DNA of 64,000 nt from Gammaproteobacteria bacterium (GCA_965221835.1 OZ244916.1:1785643-1849642), one strand, 5' to 3'. Positions 26,251 through 37,609 are shown, numbered from the stretch's first letter. Numbers and translations: made by a program. Notes: generated from the sequence alone by a model not told the origin.

Positions 26251-27336
26251 ATGGAGAAAGGGCTGCCGGAAGTGCGTGCGCAAATAGATGCGCTGGACGA
26301 CGAATTGATTGCGTTGCTGCGGCGGCGTGCCGATTTGACTGCCGCCGCCGGCGAAGTTAAACGGGCGGCGGGCGCGGAAGTATTCGCCCGTTTGGACCGG
26401 GAAGCCGAAATTTTGCGCAGAGTCGCTCCTCGCGGCGGGGCGCTTTCTGAAACCGCAATGTATGCCATTTTTCGCGAAGTTATTTCGGCGTGTTTGGCGG
26501 TGGAATGTCCGCAAACCATTTGCTATCTCGGTCCGCCGCACACTTTTACGCACGAGGCGGCGCGCAAACATTTCGGCGAAAGCGCGAATTGTCTGCCCGC
26601 AGAATCGATTCGCGAAACGGTCGGACGGGCGGAAAAAGGATTGTGCAATTTTGCCGTCGTGCCGTTTGAAAATTCCGGCGAAGGAACTGTGGGCGATACT
26701 TTTGATGCGTTGCTGGATACTTCAATGGAAATCGGCGGCGAAATTATTTTTCGCATTCGCCACAATTTGTTGGCGGCACAAAAAATCGCGCCCGACAAAA
26801 TACAAACTATTTACGCACATCCGCAAGCGTTCGCGCAATGCCGCCGCTGGCTGGAACATTACGCGCCGGGGGCTGCGCATTCGCCGTGCGAAAGCAATGC
26901 CGCCGCCGCCCGATTCGTTTCGGCAAAAAATGAAAACGCCGCCGCCGCTATCGCTTCCGATTCCGCGGGACGTTATTACAAACTGGCGACAGTTGCCGCC
27001 GATATTGAAGATTCCGCCGCAAATAGTACGCGATTTTTAATTTTAGGAAATGCGCGTCCCGCCCCGACCGGTGCGGATAAAACATCGTTCGTGATGCAAA
27101 TGCCGGCGTCCGACAAGGCGGGAACTCTGTATCAACTTTTGGAACCGATGTCGCGGTTGGGCGTGAATATGACGAAGTTTGAATCGCGTCCGGCGGGCAA
27201 ATTCGGCGAGTATTATTTTTATGTGGACGCGGACGGGCATCGGGAAGACGAGGCGGTATCGCGGGCGTTGGACGAAATTCGGGCGCGTGCCGCATTTGTT
27301 AAAGTGTTGGGTTCATACCCGCGGGCGGCGGGATAA
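26251..27336 (+). CDS. pheA: bifunctional chorismate mutase / prephenate dehydratase (P-protein)
   Basis: N-terminal CM domain ([16 protein letters not shown]), PDT domain, C-terminal ACT domain. Confidence 0.9.
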   Translation: MEKGLPEVRAQIDALDDELIALLRRRADLTAAAGEVKRAAGAEVFARLDREAEILRRVAPRGGALSETAMYAIFREVISACLAVECPQTICYLGPPHTFTHEAARKHFGESANCLPAESIRETVGRAEKGLCNFAVVPFENSGEGTVGDTFDALLDTSMEIGGEIIFRIRHNLLAAQKIAPDKIQTIYAHPQAFAQCRRWLEHYAPGAAHSPCESNAAAARFVSAKNENAAAAIASDSAGRYYKLATVAADIEDSAANSTRFLILGNARPAPTGADKTSFVMQMPASDKAGTLYQLLEPMSRLGVNMTKFESRPAGKFGEYYFYVDADGHREDEAVSRALDEIRARAAFVKVLGSYPRAAG

Positions 27337-28106
27337 TGTCTCTCGCAAGTCGCATCATTCCGTGTCTGGATATTGACGGCGGCAGAGTCGTAAAAGGCGT
27401 GCGTTTTCTCAATTTGCGCGATGCCGGCGACCCGGTGGAAGCCGCAACCCGCTATGATTGCGGCGGTGCGGACGAGATTGTTTTTTTGGACATTACCGCG
27501 ACAAGCGGCGAACGAATGATTTTGCTGGATATTGTTCGGCAGGTGGCGGAATCTATTACGATTCCGCTGACTGTCGGCGGCGGCGTGCGGTCGGCGGACG
27601 ATTTTCAAATGTTGTTGCGGGCGGGGGCGGACAAAGTAAGCATCAACTCCGCCGCTGTCGCCCGCCCCGAATTGTTGGGCGAATGCGCGCGATATTTCGG
27701 TTCGCAATGCGTTATGTTGGCGGCGGATGTGCGAAAAACCGGGCAAGGCGAATGGGAAGTGGTGACGCACGGCGGGCGGCGTCCGACCGGCATGGACGCG
27801 ATTGAATGGTTGCGGCGGGCGGAAGACGAAGGCGCGGGCGAGATTTTATTGACAAGTATGGATGCGGACGGTACGCGAGATGGTTACGATTTACCGTTGT
27901 TGCAGGCGGCGACTTCCGCGGTTGGTTTGCCGGTGATTGCAAGCGGCGGCGGCGGCGAACCGGCGCATTTTGCGGCGGCATTTTTGGAAGGCGGCGCGGA
28001 TGCGGTGTTGGCGGCGGGGATTTTTCATGACGGCGTTTTTACTATCGGCGAAGTCAAACAATTTCTGGCGGCGCGCGGATTGGAAATTCGCGGCGAGGCG
28101 AAATGA
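27336..28106 (+). CDS. hisF: imidazole glycerol phosphate synthase cyclase subunit
   Basis: [16 protein letters not shown]...[13 protein letters not shown]. Confidence 0.92.
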   Translation: MSLASRIIPCLDIDGGRVVKGVRFLNLRDAGDPVEAATRYDCGGADEIVFLDITATSGERMILLDIVRQVAESITIPLTVGGGVRSADDFQMLLRAGADKVSINSAAVARPELLGECARYFGSQCVMLAADVRKTGQGEWEVVTHGGRRPTGMDAIEWLRRAEDEGAGEILLTSMDADGTRDGYDLPLLQAATSAVGLPVIASGGGGEPAHFAAAFLEGGADAVLAAGIFHDGVFTIGEVKQFLAARGLEIRGEAK

Positions 28107-28432
28107 CGCGGCGCGTTTGCATACTCGGCGAATTGGCGGCAATGGCGGAACGGCGCAAAACCGCGTCTCCGGACGATTCGTATACCGCGCGTTTGTTGCA
28201 AGGCGATGAAGATTCGTTGCTTAAAAAACTCGCCGAAGAGGCGGGCGAAGCGGCGTTGGCGGCGAAAGGCGGCAACCGCGAAAAACTCGCCGCCGAAATT
28301 GCCGATTTGGCGTATCACGCCGTTGTCGTCTTGGCGCGTTATAATGTCTCACTGGAACAAGTCGCGGCGGCATTGCGCGCGCGCCGGGGCGGTTCGGGAC
28401 TTAGCGAAAAATCCGCGCGCGAAAGGAAATAA
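28103..28432 (+). CDS. hisE: phosphoribosyl-ATP pyrophosphatase
   Basis: SYTARLL...[11 protein letters not shown]...[14 protein letters not shown]. Confidence 0.85.
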   Translation: MTRRVCILGELAAMAERRKTASPDDSYTARLLQGDEDSLLKKLAEEAGEAALAAKGGNREKLAAEIADLAYHAVVVLARYNVSLEQVAAALRARRGGSGLSEKSARERK

Positions 28433-28435
28433 AAA

Positions 28436-28651
28436 ATGGGAGCATTTAGCGTTTGGCATTGGTTAATTGTGTTGCTGGTCGTGGTGCTTTTGTTCGGCAC
28501 AAAAAAGTTGCGCGGGTTGGGCGGCGATTTGGGCGCCGCTATCAAGGGATTTAAGCAGGGAGTGAAAGAGGACGGCGCGAAAACGTTAGAATCGTCCGCC
28601 GAAGAATCTCCCGCCGCTGACAAAACCGATTCCCGCGACCGCACCGCCTGA
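28436..28651 (+). CDS. tatA: twin-arginine translocase subunit TatA
   Basis: [40 protein letters not shown]. Confidence 0.88.
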   Translation: MGAFSVWHWLIVLLVVVLLFGTKKLRGLGGDLGAAIKGFKQGVKEDGAKTLESSAEESPAADKTDSRDRTA

Positions 28652-28658
28652 CACGCGG

Positions 28659-29129
28659 ATGTTTAACATCAGTTTCGGCGAAGTCGTTGTCGTTGCGGTG
28701 ATAGGTTTGATTGTCATCGGTCCGAAACGATTGCCGGAGGCGGCGCGATTTGTGGGACATTTGCTGTCGCGGGTGCAGCGGCAGGTAGCAGATGTCAAAT
28801 CCGATATTCGCCGCGAAATGGATCTTGAAGATTTAAAATCCATTCAGCGCGAATACGAAAGTGCGGCGCGCGATATAAAAGATGATTTTTCCGCACACAC
28901 GCGCGAAGTAAAAGACGCAGTTGCGGACGGCAAAGCGGCGATGACGGCGCAATGGCCGGGCGCATCCGAACAGAAGAACGCGGCGAATACCGAAAAACGC
29001 GCGGATAATTTCAACTCCAATTCTGATTCCGATTCGGCAACGGCAACGGCAACGGCAACGACTTCTGCCGCACACGGAACACCGGAATCGACTCCGGAAA
29101 AAACGCCGGAAAAGATCCCGCCCCGATGA
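28659..29129 (+). CDS. tatB: twin-arginine translocase subunit TatB
   Basis: MFNISFGEVVVVAVIGLIVIGPKRLPEAARFVG. Contains an in-frame (GCAACG)x4 hexanucleotide repeat at ~29037-29062. Confidence 0.82.
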   Translation: MFNISFGEVVVVAVIGLIVIGPKRLPEAARFVGHLLSRVQRQVADVKSDIRREMDLEDLKSIQREYESAARDIKDDFSAHTREVKDAVADGKAAMTAQWPGASEQKNAANTEKRADNFNSNSDSDSATATATATTSAAHGTPESTPEKTPEKIPPR

Positions 29130-29905
29130 GCAGCGACACGGCGACGGACGGGCTTCTCGGGCATCTGGCGGAGTTGCGCGGCGGATTGTTGCGATGTGTC
29201 ACAGTACTTCTGATATTAATTTTCGCGCAGTTGATTCCGTACAACGGCGTTTCGTTCGCCGGCATTTTGGTGGAAACGCTTGCGTTGCCGCTTTCGCGTA
29301 CGCTGGCGGAATCGTCATTGCCGGGGGGCACTTTAATTTCTACCGGCGTATTGGATCCGTTTTTGGTGCAGATTACGACCGCCGCGTTGGCATCTTTTTT
29401 GGTCGGGTTGCCGTATTTTTTGTTTGAGACATGGCGGTTTGTCGCCCCGGGATTGTACAAACACGAAAAAAAATTGGTGTTGCCGCTGATTGTCAGCAGT
29501 ACCGCATTGTTTTATTTGGGAATGTTGTTTGCCTATTTTTTGGTGTTTCGCACGGTGTTTCATTTTGTCGCAGCGGTCGCACCGGAAGGCATTGCATGGA
29601 CGCCGGACATCATGCGTTTTTTCAGTTTCGCGCTTACTATTTTTATCGCTTTCGGAGTCGCGTTTGAAACGCCGGTGGTGGTGTATTTGTTGGTGCGCGG
29701 CGGAGTTGTGGAGAAAGACAATTTACGGCGGGCGCGGCGATATGTCATTGTCGGTGCGTTTGTCGTTGCCGCAATTTTTACGCCGCCCGATATTATTTCG
29801 CAATTGTTGTTGGCGATTCCGTGCTGGCTGCTTTTTGAGTTGGGATTATTTTTGGCGCCTTCCAAAAAACGCGATGAGGCGAGCAAAAATGATGCGGAAA
29901 ATTAA
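29126..29905 (+). CDS. tatC: twin-arginine translocase subunit TatC
   Basis: 6-TM protein with conserved HLAELR and FTPPD motifs. Confidence 0.88.
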   Translation: MSSDTATDGLLGHLAELRGGLLRCVTVLLILIFAQLIPYNGVSFAGILVETLALPLSRTLAESSLPGGTLISTGVLDPFLVQITTAALASFLVGLPYFLFETWRFVAPGLYKHEKKLVLPLIVSSTALFYLGMLFAYFLVFRTVFHFVAAVAPEGIAWTPDIMRFFSFALTIFIAFGVAFETPVVVYLLVRGGVVEKDNLRRARRYVIVGAFVVAAIFTPPDIISQLLLAIPCWLLFELGLFLAPSKKRDEASKNDAEN

Positions 29906-29996
29906 AATGGCAAAGACCATAAAAAACGCCGCGTTTTGTGTCAAAATGTTCCGCGTTGACAGCGAAAAAATTAATAACAAAGTCGGAGAACAATAA

Positions 29997-31259
29997 ATGC
30001 CCGCATCCAACCGCCGCAAAATTCTTGTCGTCGACGACGAGATCGGCATACGCGAACTATTGACGGAAATTTTAACGGACGAAGGATACGCCGTTGTCGC
30101 CGCCGCAGATGCCGAAGAGGCGTGGAGCATTCGTACGCGCGAACAATTTTCGCTGATTCTTTTGGATATTTGGATGCCCGACAAAGACGGGTTGACTTTG
30201 CTGAAACAATGGCAGGATGCGGGATTGCTGGGAATTCCGATTGTGGTGATGTCCGGACACGCGACTATCAACACCGCCGTGGAAGCGATGAAACTCGGCG
30301 CGCTGGAAGTGTTAGAAAAACCGATTGCAACCAACCGATTGCTGGCGACGGTGGAAAAATCGGTGCGCAGTCCGAGAGAAAAACAAGGCAATATAGAAAT
30401 TCAACAAACCAATTTCGGGCGCGGTGAAGTGTTGCAACGTTTTAAGCACAACTTGTTTCAAGCGTCTGCCGGTTCGTATCCGGTGCTGATGGTCGGACCG
30501 CCGAACGCGGGCGCGACTTTTTATGCGCAAATGCTGGCACCGCCGCAAGGCGATGTCGTTTTTATCAGTTGTCATTCGCAACTGCAAGGCAACTTGGGAC
30601 AGATTTTGCGCCGTGCTGCAGGCGGTTTGGTTATCGTGCCGATGATTGACGGATTGAATTCTATGCAGCAAAACGGTCTTCTCGCATTGATGAATGAGGC
30701 GGCACGCATTCATTCTCGCGTTGTCGCTTCGGCGGCGGAATCGCCCGAAAAGTTGGCAGTCGGGCGCGATTTCAATCCCGCGCTGCTAAAAATACTGGAG
30801 CATATCGTCATACAGCCGCCGATGGCGCAATATATGGAAGACATTCCCTATATCGTGGATATTGTCACGCGCCGCTTAACCAAAAATACGGGAATGGCGA
30901 ATTGTCGTCTGACCGCTTCGGCGGTGGAGGTGCTGATGAATCACCGTTATGAAAACGATTTTTTGGAACTGCAATCGCTGGTGCGGTGCGCGATAATGCT
31001 GGCGGAATCGGAACAGGTTGATGCAGACCATGTACATCGGGCGATTGATCAATTTTCGCTTGGCGTGCCGTCGTTAAATCGCGTTGTCGGCGGCGATATT
31101 TTTTCCATGACTTTGCGCGATGCGCGCATTGCGTTTGAACGCGAATATTTTCGCCGTCTGTTGGAAATGACTCAAAACAATATTCAACAAGCGACTCAAA
31201 TTTCCGGGTTGGAACGCACTTACTTGTACCGCAAATTAAAACAACACAAATACAGTTAA
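29997..31259 (+). CDS. NtrC-family response regulator with receiver domain, degenerate AAA+ sigma-54 activator domain and C-terminal Fis-type HTH (NtrX-like)
   Basis: Receiver KILVVDDEIGIRELL...D-56-like residue. Central domain lacks a canonical GESGTGKE Walker A (GPPNAGAT instead). C-terminal HTH. Confidence 0.7.
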   Translation: MPASNRRKILVVDDEIGIRELLTEILTDEGYAVVAAADAEEAWSIRTREQFSLILLDIWMPDKDGLTLLKQWQDAGLLGIPIVVMSGHATINTAVEAMKLGALEVLEKPIATNRLLATVEKSVRSPREKQGNIEIQQTNFGRGEVLQRFKHNLFQASAGSYPVLMVGPPNAGATFYAQMLAPPQGDVVFISCHSQLQGNLGQILRRAAGGLVIVPMIDGLNSMQQNGLLALMNEAARIHSRVVASAAESPEKLAVGRDFNPALLKILEHIVIQPPMAQYMEDIPYIVDIVTRRLTKNTGMANCRLTASAVEVLMNHRYENDFLELQSLVRCAIMLAESEQVDADHVHRAIDQFSLGVPSLNRVVGGDIFSMTLRDARIAFEREYFRRLLEMTQNNIQQATQISGLERTYLYRKLKQHKYS

Positions 31260-31267
31260 TCGCGGAA

Positions 31268-34200
31268 ATGTTCGCGCCGGATATCGCCGCCGGATTGTCG
31301 CCGCCGCCTGCGCCGGGCAATGTCGTGTGCGCCGCCGCTCCCGCCGGTGCGGGCGAATCGCTGGCGGTGGCGGCATGGTATTCTCTGCATCGGCGACCGA
31401 TTTTGTGGCTGGTGCGGGATGCGCGTACGGCGGCTTATGCGGCGGCAGAACTCGCTTTTTTCGCGCCCGATGCGCCCGTTCATTTGTTGCCCGATTGGGA
31501 AACATTGCCGTTCGCCGCTGTGTCGCCGCCGCCCGATTTGCAAACCGCCCGCATGGCGGCGTTGGCGGCAATGTGCGGCGGCGGAATCACTGTTGCAACG
31601 GCAGCGGCGGCACTTTTGCCGTGTCCGCCTCCGGCATTTGTCGCCGCCCGTGCGATGCGTGCCGGGGATCACATTTCGCCCGCCGCACTGATTTCGGGAT
31701 TGGTAGAATTCGGTTATGCGCGCACCGACCGCGTTTTGGCGGCGGGCGAGTTTGCGGTTTATGGCGGGCAAATTGACATTTTTCCGCCGGATGCCGCCGC
31801 GCCGTACCGATTGGTTTTGGAAGATGACGAAATTGAACAAATTCGCGTTTTTGATGCACAAACGCAAATGTCGTCCGGGCGCGCCGAAGAGTTTCGCTTG
31901 TTTCCGGCGGGGGAATGCGATTTGTCGGCGGCGGGGATTGCGCGTTTTCGCCGGGCGTTTACCGCACGATTCGGCGATGCGGACGATGAAACGGTGCGGG
32001 CGATTGTTGCCGGAAAAGCGGCGCCGGGAATGGAGTTTTTGCTGCCGCTATTTTTTGACAAAATCGCGCGATTGCCCGATTATCTGGCGGCGGATACATT
32101 AGTTATTTTCGGGCGGGGCGGACGCGAAGCGGCGGAACGGTTTATGACATTGGCGAGGCGGCGGCGCGACAACGCGGAAATTTACGAACATCGCGCCGCA
32201 TTGCAAGCCGAGGAAGTTTTTTTGCCGCCCGAAGAATTGCAAAAAAAGTTTTCACAATTCGCCGCGGTGGAATGGGACGGCGAATCGGCAACGCCGCCGC
32301 CGATAGAAATTAACCGCCGCGATTCCGATTCGCATGCGGCATTGAAATCTTTTTTGCGTACTGCGGCGGGGCGCGTGATTCTCGCCGCCGATAGCGCGGG
32401 GCGGCGCGATTCTTTGCATTCCGCATTGTCCGGCGATTTGCAAGAGTTGCGAAAAGCGGATTCTTTTGCCGATTGTGCAGAAGGTATTTCGTTGACCGTC
32501 GCGCCGTTGCGGGGAGGTTTTTCCATGCCGGAATTGACGGTGTTGACAGAAGCGGAAATTTTTGCAACGCGTTCCGCACCGCGCCGCCGCACACATTCTG
32601 CACCGTCGCCGGCGGACGAATTGACAATCGGCGAGGCGGTCATTCATCGCGATTATGGAATCGGGCGTTATGCGGGAATTGTGGAACGCACCGGTGCCGC
32701 GCGCGGAGAGTTTTTGCAAATTGAATATGCGGACGGGCAGCGATTACTTTTACCGGCGGCGCACTTGCATTTGTTGCTGCCGTATCACGGCGAACCGGCG
32801 GCACTTTCCAAACTCGGCGGTGCGCGATGGAAACGCGTTCGCGCCCGCGCACAAAAAAATGCGCGCGATACAGCGGCGCGAATGTTGGCAATGCAAGCGC
32901 GGCGGGAAGCGGCGCGCGACAAGCGGCAAACGCCGGATGCCCGCGCGTTGGCGCGATTTGTAGACGAGTTTCCGTACACCGAAACGCCTGATCAAGCGGA
33001 GGCGTGTCGCGCTGTTTTGTGCGATATGCAATCGTCAAAACCGATGGACCGGGTTGTCGTCGCCGATGTCGGATTTGGCAAAACCGAAGTCGCGATGCGC
33101 GCCGCCGCCGCCGCCGTTCTGGCGGGAATGCAAACCGCAGTACTGGCGCCTACGACTCTTTTGGCAGAACAACACGCGCGTACATTTACTGATCGTTTTG
33201 CCGGTTTTCCGGCGCGAATTGTATCGTTAACCCGCCTGTCGTCCGCTGCCGAAAAACGCCGCGCGCTGGCGGAAATCGGCGACGGACGCGCCGACATCGT
33301 CATCGGCACGCACGCGTTACTCGGCAAATCCATGCAGTTTGCAAAACCGGGGCTGGCGGTAATAGACGAAGAACATCGTTTCGGCGTACGGCAAAAAGAA
33401 CATTTCAAAACGATGCGCGCGAACATGGATATTCTCGCGTTGTCGGCGACTCCAATTCCGCGTACGATGGCGATGGCGATGGAGGGAATTCGCGACATTT
33501 CCGTAATTGCAACGCCGCCGCCGGGACGGCTGGCAATACGCACCCGCATCGCGTCTTTTTCGCGTACAGAAATAACAGACGCATGCGAACGCGAATTGTT
33601 GCGCGGCGGACAAATTTATTTTGTGCATAACGACATTCGCGGACTTCCCGAAATGGAATCGCGTTTGCGCGAGTGGTTGCCCGAAATGACCATTGTCGCC
33701 GTCCACGGCGCTATGCATAGCGCGGACATTGCGCGCGCGATGCGGCAATTTGTGCGCGGCGATGTGGATATGTTGCTGGCGACTTCCATCGTGGAAAGCG
33801 GTTTGGATATTGCGCGTGCGAATACGATGATTATCAATCGCGCGGATCGGATGGGGATTTCGCGTTTGCATCAGTTGCGCGGACGGGTCGGGCGTTCGGA
33901 TGTGCGCGCGCATGTTTTGTTGCTGACTTCGCCGGAAGGGGCGGCAACTGCGCGCGGCGAAGCGCGACTGAACGCATTGTCGGAATGCACCGCACCGGGA
34001 GACGGATTTTTGATTGCGTTGCGCGATTTGGAAACGCGCGGTGCGGGAGAGATTTTCGGCGAACGACAAAGCGGCGAGTTGGCGGCGGTGGGTTATGCGA
34101 TGTATCAAAAAATGGTGCGGGCTGCAGTACGCGAATTGACGGACGGCGATGAAGAATCGGCGGCAGTGGTGGATTTTTCGGCACCGGCGCTTTTGCCCGC

Positions 34201-34609
34201 CGATTATGCACCATCGCCGGGCGAACGATTGCGCTATTATCGCCGTTTGTCGGCGGCAAAAACAGCAGCAGACATTACCGCCGTGCGATTGGAATGGGAA
34301 GATCGTTTCGGCACACCGCCGCCGCCGGCACAACTTTTGTTGGCATCGCACAAACTTCGTTTGCTGGCGGATGCAGCACAAATTACGCAACTGCGCGCAA
34401 ATGACGGTGCGGCAACGGCGGCGTTTGTCGCCGCACCAAAATGCCGCGACAAACTACTTCTAAAAATCGCCGAAAAAAAATGTCGCCCGCAAAAAGACGG
34501 CGCAATCCACATCGTCAACTTATCCCGCGATGCCTTGCAATGTGCCGCGCAACTGGAAGATTTTTTGCGCGATTTAATCGCAGATGCGCCCGCCGATTCC
34601 GCCGATTAA
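31268..34609 (+). CDS. mfd: transcription-repair coupling factor
   Basis: UvrB-homology N-terminus, RNAP-interaction domain, SF2 helicase motifs (VADVGFGKTEVA, DEEHRFGV), TRCF C-terminus. 1113 aa. Confidence 0.92.
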   Translation: MFAPDIAAGLSPPPAPGNVVCAAAPAGAGESLAVAAWYSLHRRPILWLVRDARTAAYAAAELAFFAPDAPVHLLPDWETLPFAAVSPPPDLQTARMAALAAMCGGGITVATAAAALLPCPPPAFVAARAMRAGDHISPAALISGLVEFGYARTDRVLAAGEFAVYGGQIDIFPPDAAAPYRLVLEDDEIEQIRVFDAQTQMSSGRAEEFRLFPAGECDLSAAGIARFRRAFTARFGDADDETVRAIVAGKAAPGMEFLLPLFFDKIARLPDYLAADTLVIFGRGGREAAERFMTLARRRRDNAEIYEHRAALQAEEVFLPPEELQKKFSQFAAVEWDGESATPPPIEINRRDSDSHAALKSFLRTAAGRVILAADSAGRRDSLHSALSGDLQELRKADSFADCAEGISLTVAPLRGGFSMPELTVLTEAEIFATRSAPRRRTHSAPSPADELTIGEAVIHRDYGIGRYAGIVERTGAARGEFLQIEYADGQRLLLPAAHLHLLLPYHGEPAALSKLGGARWKRVRARAQKNARDTAARMLAMQARREAARDKRQTPDARALARFVDEFPYTETPDQAEACRAVLCDMQSSKPMDRVVVADVGFGKTEVAMRAAAAAVLAGMQTAVLAPTTLLAEQHARTFTDRFAGFPARIVSLTRLSSAAEKRRALAEIGDGRADIVIGTHALLGKSMQFAKPGLAVIDEEHRFGVRQKEHFKTMRANMDILALSATPIPRTMAMAMEGIRDISVIATPPPGRLAIRTRIASFSRTEITDACERELLRGGQIYFVHNDIRGLPEMESRLREWLPEMTIVAVHGAMHSADIARAMRQFVRGDVDMLLATSIVESGLDIARANTMIINRADRMGISRLHQLRGRVGRSDVRAHVLLLTSPEGAATARGEARLNALSECTAPGDGFLIALRDLETRGAGEIFGERQSGELAAVGYAMYQKMVRAAVRELTDGDEESAAVVDFSAPALLPADYAPSPGERLRYYRRLSAAKTAADITAVRLEWEDRFGTPPPPAQLLLASHKLRLLADAAQITQLRANDGAATAAFVAAPKCRDKLLLKIAEKKCRPQKDGAIHIVNLSRDALQCAAQLEDFLRDLIADAPADSAD

Positions 34610-34654
34610 ATCCGCCGCCATTATTTTCAAAACACCGTTGCCGCAACGGCAAAT

Positions 34655-35299
34655 TTATTCCATCAACGCCGCAGGAATAAATGCACCCAACATTAAAATC
34701 GCTATCGCAATATTAAAAACGCGCACACGAATCGGATTGGCGTGCAGAAATTTTCCGATAGTCGCACCGCAAAATCCCCATATCCACATACACGGCACAT
34801 CCACAAGAAAAAAAGTCGCAGTCATCAAAACCGCCTCCAACACCGCACCGTGTTCTGCCGAAATAAACGCCGCTGTCGCACCGCCGCACATCACCCACGA
34901 TTTTGGATTAATCCACTGAAATGTTGCCATCTGAAAAAATGTCGGCGGTTTTGTCGCCCGCGATTTTTCGGCGTTGCCGGCAGACGCGATTTTCCATGCC
35001 AGCCAACACATAAACACGATACCCGTCCAGCGAAGCACATCGTGCAAAAACGGATAACGGGCGAAAATAAATCCGCCGCCCAACGCCACAATCAGCAGCA
35101 TCGCCGCAAATCCAAAATTCACGCCGAAAATTACCCGCGCCGTTTTAACGAGACCAAAATTAACCGCCGCCGTTGCGATAATCATGGTATTCGGACCGGG
35201 GATTATAGAAGTTGCAAACGCAAACAACGCAATCCCCCCAAAAAAATCCCATCCCGGCATTACCCCCCCTTTCCAATTTTTCACAATAAAAAATTCCAT
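34655..35299 (-). CDS. LysE/RhtB-family amino-acid exporter
   Basis: 6-TM, ~200 aa, IPGPNTM motif region. Confidence 0.75.
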   Translation of the reverse strand: MEFFIVKNWKGGVMPGWDFFGGIALFAFATSIIPGPNTMIIATAAVNFGLVKTARVIFGVNFGFAAMLLIVALGGGFIFARYPFLHDVLRWTGIVFMCWLAWKIASAGNAEKSRATKPPTFFQMATFQWINPKSWVMCGGATAAFISAEHGAVLEAVLMTATFFLVDVPCMWIWGFCGATIGKFLHANPIRVRVFNIAIAILMLGAFIPAALME

Positions 35300-35558
35300 T
35301 ATAAACGAATATAAACGAATCGCTGCCGCATGCTTTTACGGAAAGCAAAAGTAATTTGTTGTATAATGCCGTGCGAGTTTGTTTTTCCGTCTTCCTTTTT
35401 TCATTCCCCAGCGCAGCCGCAATAGAGATATATTTCGTAGATATTGCGCAATAAACCCATTGCGCCTTTTGTCGCAATCAAAACGGAAACATGGTATAAT
35501 TGTTCCGTTGCGGATTCATTTCCGCTTTTAATCCCTACAAATAATAAGGAGAAAAACG

Positions 35559-36041
35559 ATGAACGACAATGATAAGAAATTACTTGCAAATAAGAAATTG
35601 TTTGATGCAATTAAGAAAGGCAAGGAAATAGCCCGAGACGATACCAAAAACAAATTGGATGAATTGAATAAAGAAATCAAGGATCTGATTACTAAAGAAA
35701 ACGCGAGTCCGAATGCGAAAATGGATGACGGTTGGACGGTTTTGATGGAGGCGGCAAATGTCGGAAATCTCGAAATTGCCCAAACTCTGATAAATGCAGG
35801 GGCGAATCCGAATGCGGCGAAGGGCTATGGCTGGACGGCTTTGATGGAGGCGGCATATTACGGACATATGACAATTGTCTCTCTTCTGCTGGAAAAAGTG
35901 GTAAATCGGAATGCGGCATTAAATGCGAATTGGACTGCTTTGGATGCCGCAAATCTGGCGTGGCAAAATGCGAAAACTCCGGAAGAGGCGAAAAAGTTTC
36001 AGACAATTGTGGATATGTTTCAAGGGAAAAAGACGGGATAA
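35559..36041 (+). CDS. ankyrin-repeat protein (no signal peptide)
   Basis: Repeats GWTVLMEAANVGNLEIAQTLINAGANPNA / GYGWTALMEAAYYGH. AAGGAG RBS. Confidence 0.8.
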   Translation: MNDNDKKLLANKKLFDAIKKGKEIARDDTKNKLDELNKEIKDLITKENASPNAKMDDGWTVLMEAANVGNLEIAQTLINAGANPNAAKGYGWTALMEAAYYGHMTIVSLLLEKVVNRNAALNANWTALDAANLAWQNAKTPEEAKKFQTIVDMFQGKKTG

Positions 36042-36044
36042 CAA

Positions 36045-36078
36045 AACCGGCGGGGATTCAATGTCCCCGCTTTTTTTG
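36045..36078 (+). terminator. rho-independent terminator (family hairpin CCGGCGGGGATTCAATGTCCCCGC + T7)
   Basis: GC stem followed by T-run immediately after the ank stop codon. Confidence 0.7.
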
Positions 36079-36111
36079 TATTTCTTTACAAAACCAAAAG
36101 GAAAAATCATT

Positions 36112-36438
36112 ATGAAAATCAAATCTATTATTTTGCCGCTGTTTGCGGTTTTTGTTTTGGGTGTGTCCGGTTGTGCGGACAAATCTGGACCGAAATTACG
36201 CGAAATTGAACGAGTTTCGGAAATGTCGGACGAGGAAATTGCCGCCGCAAGAGAGGCGTGTCATCTTATTTCCACAACCGATTATAACTGTTCAGAATTG
36301 GTAAATCCGATTCACGGAATGACTCCGGACGAATGGAAAATTCTCACCGAATCTACGAAAGAATGTCGCAAAAATCAGTTGCTGTCATTTCATCATTGTC
36401 TGCGAGGAAAAGGCGTACGGTACGCCGAATATAATTAA
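36112..36438 (+). CDS. small lipoprotein (conserved MKIKSIILPLFAVF signal, lipobox LGVSGC)
   Basis: ATG at 36112 with RBS AAAGGAAAAATCATT-ATG. Cys-rich mature part. Confidence 0.65.
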   Translation: MKIKSIILPLFAVFVLGVSGCADKSGPKLREIERVSEMSDEEIAAAREACHLISTTDYNCSELVNPIHGMTPDEWKILTESTKECRKNQLLSFHHCLRGKGVRYAEYN

Positions 36439-36441
36439 GCC

Positions 36442-37551
36442 ATGTTTGCCCGTTATGTTTGGATAATCGCCCCGCTGTTTGCGGCGGGGTGCGGCGGGAT
36501 TAACATTTTGCCGGAACCGTTTACTCGCGAACGGGTGGACGGAAAAATTCCGGTAAAAGTAGAATTGATTCGCAAACAAGTACGGGCGGAGTTGGACGGC
36601 GTTCCAGAAGGCGAAGCGGAAGTTTTGCGATGGCAGGTGATTGAAAAAGATTATAACAAATGCCGTTTGTCATCCGCCCGTGCAACAAAATCGGAAGCGG
36701 AGGAAGTTTTCGCCGTGTGCATGTCCGAACAAGGATATGTTTATATGTTGCCGATTGACGCCGAACAATTTCATTGGGATATTGCGGAAAAAGAGGAGGG
36801 TATTTACGCAGAGGAAAAACGAGTAGCGGAAGAACGCCGAATTGCCGCTGAAAAAGAACTGGAAAAACTCCGAGTTGCCGCCGAAAAAAAAGCGGAAGAG
36901 GAACGAATCGCTGCCGAAAAGAAAGCGGAAGAGGAACGAATTGCTGCCGCTGTAAAAGCGGAACAGGAGCGTTTAGAAAACAATTTGAGAATTTATGCAA
37001 GAGACAATGAATTGTCGGAAGTGCGGCGTTTACTTTCTTTGGGCGTTAATCCTAATGCGGTGAATGATGGCGGTGTGACGGCTTTGATGGGGGCTGCATA
37101 TAATGGACATGCCGAAATTGCGAAAATGCTGTTATCGGCAGGGGCGAATCCGAATGTGGTAAATAAGGACGGCTTGACGGCTTTGATAGTGGCGGGAAAT
37201 AGCGAACATGCCGAAATTGCGAAAATGCTGTTAGACGGCGGTGCGAATCCGAATGCGGCGATTATTAACGGCTGGACGGCTTTGATTTTGGTAGCAAATA
37301 AGGGACATGCCGAAGTTGCGAAAATTTTATTGTCGGCGAGGGCGAATCCGAATGCGGTTGATAATAAAGGTATGACGGCTTTGATGGTAGCAGCATTGAA
37401 AGGACATGCCGAAATTATAAAGATATTGATAGCGGGCGGAGCGGAAGTTAATCAGCGTACGCCCGAAGGAAGTACAGCTTTGAGTTTGGCAAAATATAGG
37501 GGCTTTTCCGAGATTGAACGCATTTTGCGAGCGGCGGGGGCGAAAGAATAA
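36442..37551 (+). CDS. lipoprotein with coiled-coil (AEEERIAAEKKAEEERIAA) and C-terminal ankyrin repeats, ending ERILRAAGAKE
   Basis: Signal/lipobox LFAAGC. 4-5 ANK repeats (TALMGAAYNGHAEIAKMLLSAGANPN...). Confidence 0.8.
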   Translation: MFARYVWIIAPLFAAGCGGINILPEPFTRERVDGKIPVKVELIRKQVRAELDGVPEGEAEVLRWQVIEKDYNKCRLSSARATKSEAEEVFAVCMSEQGYVYMLPIDAEQFHWDIAEKEEGIYAEEKRVAEERRIAAEKELEKLRVAAEKKAEEERIAAEKKAEEERIAAAVKAEQERLENNLRIYARDNELSEVRRLLSLGVNPNAVNDGGVTALMGAAYNGHAEIAKMLLSAGANPNVVNKDGLTALIVAGNSEHAEIAKMLLDGGANPNAAIINGWTALILVANKGHAEVAKILLSARANPNAVDNKGMTALMVAALKGHAEIIKILIAGGAEVNQRTPEGSTALSLAKYRGFSEIERILRAAGAKE

Positions 37552-37588
37552 CGGCGAGGATTCCATTTCCCCGCCGTTTTTTTTTACA
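37552..37588 (+). terminator. rho-independent terminator (family hairpin)
   Basis: acggcgaggattccatttccccgccg + T9. Confidence 0.7.
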
Positions 37589-37609
37589 AAACTAAAATGA
37601 AAAATCATT

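Noticed and set aside
34610-34654. Possible bidirectional terminator between mfd and the LysE gene (ccgttgccgcaacgg)
   Set aside because: Stem is short with a 2-nt loop and no T-run; not convincing.
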